A DNA stretch of 64,000 bases from Dimorphilus gyrociliatus. Its lineage: Eukaryota; Animalia; Annelida. A program made the position numbers and the translations under genes. The notes below the pieces were generated by a model. That model was not told the origin of the DNA. It did not search any database and was given only the letters and a program-made list of their open reading frames with translations. Location of the stretch: contig CAJFCJ010000012.1 of NCBI GenBank assembly GCA_904063045.1, forward strand, positions 2,413,180 to 2,477,179, written 5' to 3'. Positions within the stretch are counted from its first letter, which is position 1; each line of letters opens with the position of its first letter. Shown here piece by piece: positions 61,661-64,000 of the stretch.

Positions 61661-64000
61661 TTAGGCCATCATAGCAGCAACAACACCTAATAAAACTAGC
61701 GAGATATTAATAAATATAGCTGCAGCTCCCGCAATACCATCGTTAAAGAAGATGTTGCATTTATCTCCTACGCAGCATTTTTCACATGCTTTTGTACCAT
61801 CAGATGCTTTCTTGCAATGTTCCTCCACTGTTGAACTACTACATGTCACATTTCTACATTCTCTTGTAAATGTTGTTACGCCTCCCTTTTCTAATCTAGA
61901 AACCCAACAGGCGCCACCATTGCCACATTCTTTTAATTTGATTGTATCAGTTTCATTGACAAAGTTGGATTGTTCCTTTCCGCAGTTTTCTTCATTTCCA
62001 GAACAAGTAAGACATTTCACTGTTCATAATTCATGAGAAAAACAAGTCATATAAAGAATAATGGGATTGATTATGTATAGATACTTACTTGCGCATTGTC
62101 TGTCATTATCATAAAGATGATACTCGCTTAAACATTTATCACATTTGAATCCATGAACACAAACTCCACAATCGGTTACTTGATTGGAACTGCACGAAAT
62201 ACATTCAGTTTTCTCATCAGATAAAGCGTAACCGGATTGACACTTGAAGCAGCTTGCTTTTCCAGTACTATCCACTTGTGGAGAACAATCCATGCAATTA
62301 GCGAAAGCAGATGTTGAACAATCTAATAAAATCAAAATACATTGTACATCATTTAATTGGTTGATGACTTTTTAAGATAATAGATATTTATAACCTTCGC
62401 AAGCTCCTGCTCTAATTGAAAATCCTTTTTTACATTTAGTACATACTGATTTATCGGATGAAGTTGCTGAGCAAACATCGCAATTAGGGGGACAAAAAGT
62501 GCACTGCTTAAAAGAATCTCCGAACAAAGCATAGTACTGTCTGCATTTCGTACAAGTTATTGAACCTTTCTCAATTGCACAGTTCGGACAATTTCTCGGA
62601 CATTCGCTACATTGTTCTGTACTTTTCCTAAATCCTTGCGTACAAGTTGAGCATACAAGAACTCCTTTATCGTCAACATCTTCACAAACCGAGCATTGAT
62701 TTGGACAAGCGTAACATTTTCTGTCCGATGTTTTTCTGCCAAATTTATCATCACAACTGTTGACGTCGCAACCAATGACGCCATTTTGAATCGAACATTT
62801 TCTACAGTGATTCGGACAAGCTGAAATGTTGTGAATTGAATTGAATTGTACAGGAAAATTCCTTTCGTAGAAATTACCTCTACAGTTTCCAACATCCAAA
62901 TTCAGAATAAACCTTGGTTTACATTTGGTACAAAGTGTACCAGTTTTAGCATCATTTAATTTACAAGTCACACAATTCCCATGACAAGCTATAAAAACAA
63001 TTTTTTTTTCATATACACAAAGAAAGATAATAAGAATCACTTTTCAACAAGAATATAAATGATTTATTTCACTTACGTTGACATTTTCCATCAGCAGTTG
63101 ATGAAGCGTAACCAGCATTACATGTTGCGCATGTTGTTACTCCTGTGGCATCAATGTTACAGGATGCACAAGGACTAGTACATGACACACATTTGTTTCC
63201 AGATGTAAACAGTTTGTGTGTGCTCTTACATTCCTTACATTTTATTTCTTTTGCAACATCATCCCAATCGCATTTTACGCAATTACTCGGACAAGATACA
63301 CAATTCCTACTAATGTCGAAAGTGAAACCAGAAGAACATTTAGAACATCCTTGACTTCCGTCATTTTTCAAATAACATCTCATACAAGAATCATCGCATT
63401 TTACACAAGTTCCATCGTCAGATTTAGTGATATATCCATCAATACAACCAGTTGGAAGACAATATGTTTGTCCGTTTTTAAAGTAACACTTGTTACAATT
63501 TGTAGGACAAGCATTACAATCGAAATCAGACCAGTCAAGAGCATATCCTGCATTGCATTCTACGCATTTCTTTACTGCTGAATTATCTTGAATACATTTA
63601 TCGCAATTACTTGGGCATTGTGTGCATTCATAACTGCTGTCGGTTAAACCATAACTACTGTCGCAATGAAATTGTAAGCATAGAGTTTCTGTATCACTTT
63701 TAGCTCGGCATTTTCCACAATTATCAGGACATTTCAGGCAAGTCTTTTTCGTGGTTAGTTGAAGAACATGGGTGTTTTCATTACATTTTGTGCATTTGTC
63801 TACAACATCGCCTTCTTTAATTGTACAAGAAAGACATCCATCTCCGCAAGAAACGCATGTTGTTTTATCAAAGCTTGGAGCGTATCCCGACTTGCAAACT
63901 TGACATTCGTTTGGTGAATTATCGGCTTTTAACGAACAAGTGTTACAGTTAGTCATACATTTAACACAGGATGTTTTCGCACTGTGAACCGAATATCCAC
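61661..64000 (-). CDS. Array gene G: 3' part only (end of the large exon, exons 7-10), continues beyond the window
   Basis: Open CxxC repeats 64000-63076, then the same exon pattern to a Ly6-like/GPI last exon ending ...VVAAMMA* at 61661. Confidence 0.88.

Noticed and set aside
62821-62877. Stop-free 57-nt intron in gene G that makes ORF 62372..63040 read through
   Set aside because: It has canonical splice sites, and the homologous intron in D is 62 nt (frame-breaking), so the in-frame length is probably chance.
32308-64000. Array genes as PCSK5/furin convertases, laminins or horizontally acquired Giardia/ciliate antigens
   Set aside because: There is no subtilase, P, LamNT or coiled-coil domain. 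The genes have canonical spliceosomal introns, TATA/Inr promoters, standard code usage and host-like composition. Any VSP similarity is likely due to Cys periodicity.
1-64000. tRNA, rRNA, CRISPR arrays, transposase or retroelement ORFs
   Set aside because: None were recognised by eye. A tRNAscan/Infernal/RepeatModeler run would be needed to exclude small or decayed elements, especially in 28.9-30.4 kb and 38.5-39.6 kb.

Overview
This is eukaryotic, AT-rich, intron-containing animal DNA with short GT-AG introns and tight gene packing. It is consistent with a compact invertebrate genome, possibly a lophotrochozoan such as an annelid (inference only). The first 32 kb holds housekeeping and epithelial genes, mostly in head-to-head pairs: an unknown basic/acidic protein, a ZDHHC9/14/18-type palmitoyltransferase, TMEM242, two intronic SNORD96-like box C/D snoRNAs, CTU2, a COX7A-like subunit, a kinectin/RRBP1-like protein, an ARM+FN3 protein, POFUT2, a boudin-like Ly6 gene, a secreted protein with an ITIH C-terminal-like domain and an innexin. 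From 32.3 kb to the end, on the minus strand, lies a tandem array of giant (about 1,750 aa) Cys-rich, probably GPI-anchored surface-protein genes built as signal peptide, dozens of CxxC modules, a Ly6-like domain and a hydrophobic tail. The array has two intact copies (A, B), one copy with a single nonsense codon in a frame-neutral exon (D), one copy cut by the window edge (G) and three deletion relics (C, E, F). The copies are mosaics of each other and carry copy-specific internal repeats. A divergent Dispatched-family gene with an apparent GT-TG intron lies between A and B. Exon models were built by hand from splice signals and reading frame; family assignments are from recalled motifs, not database searches.
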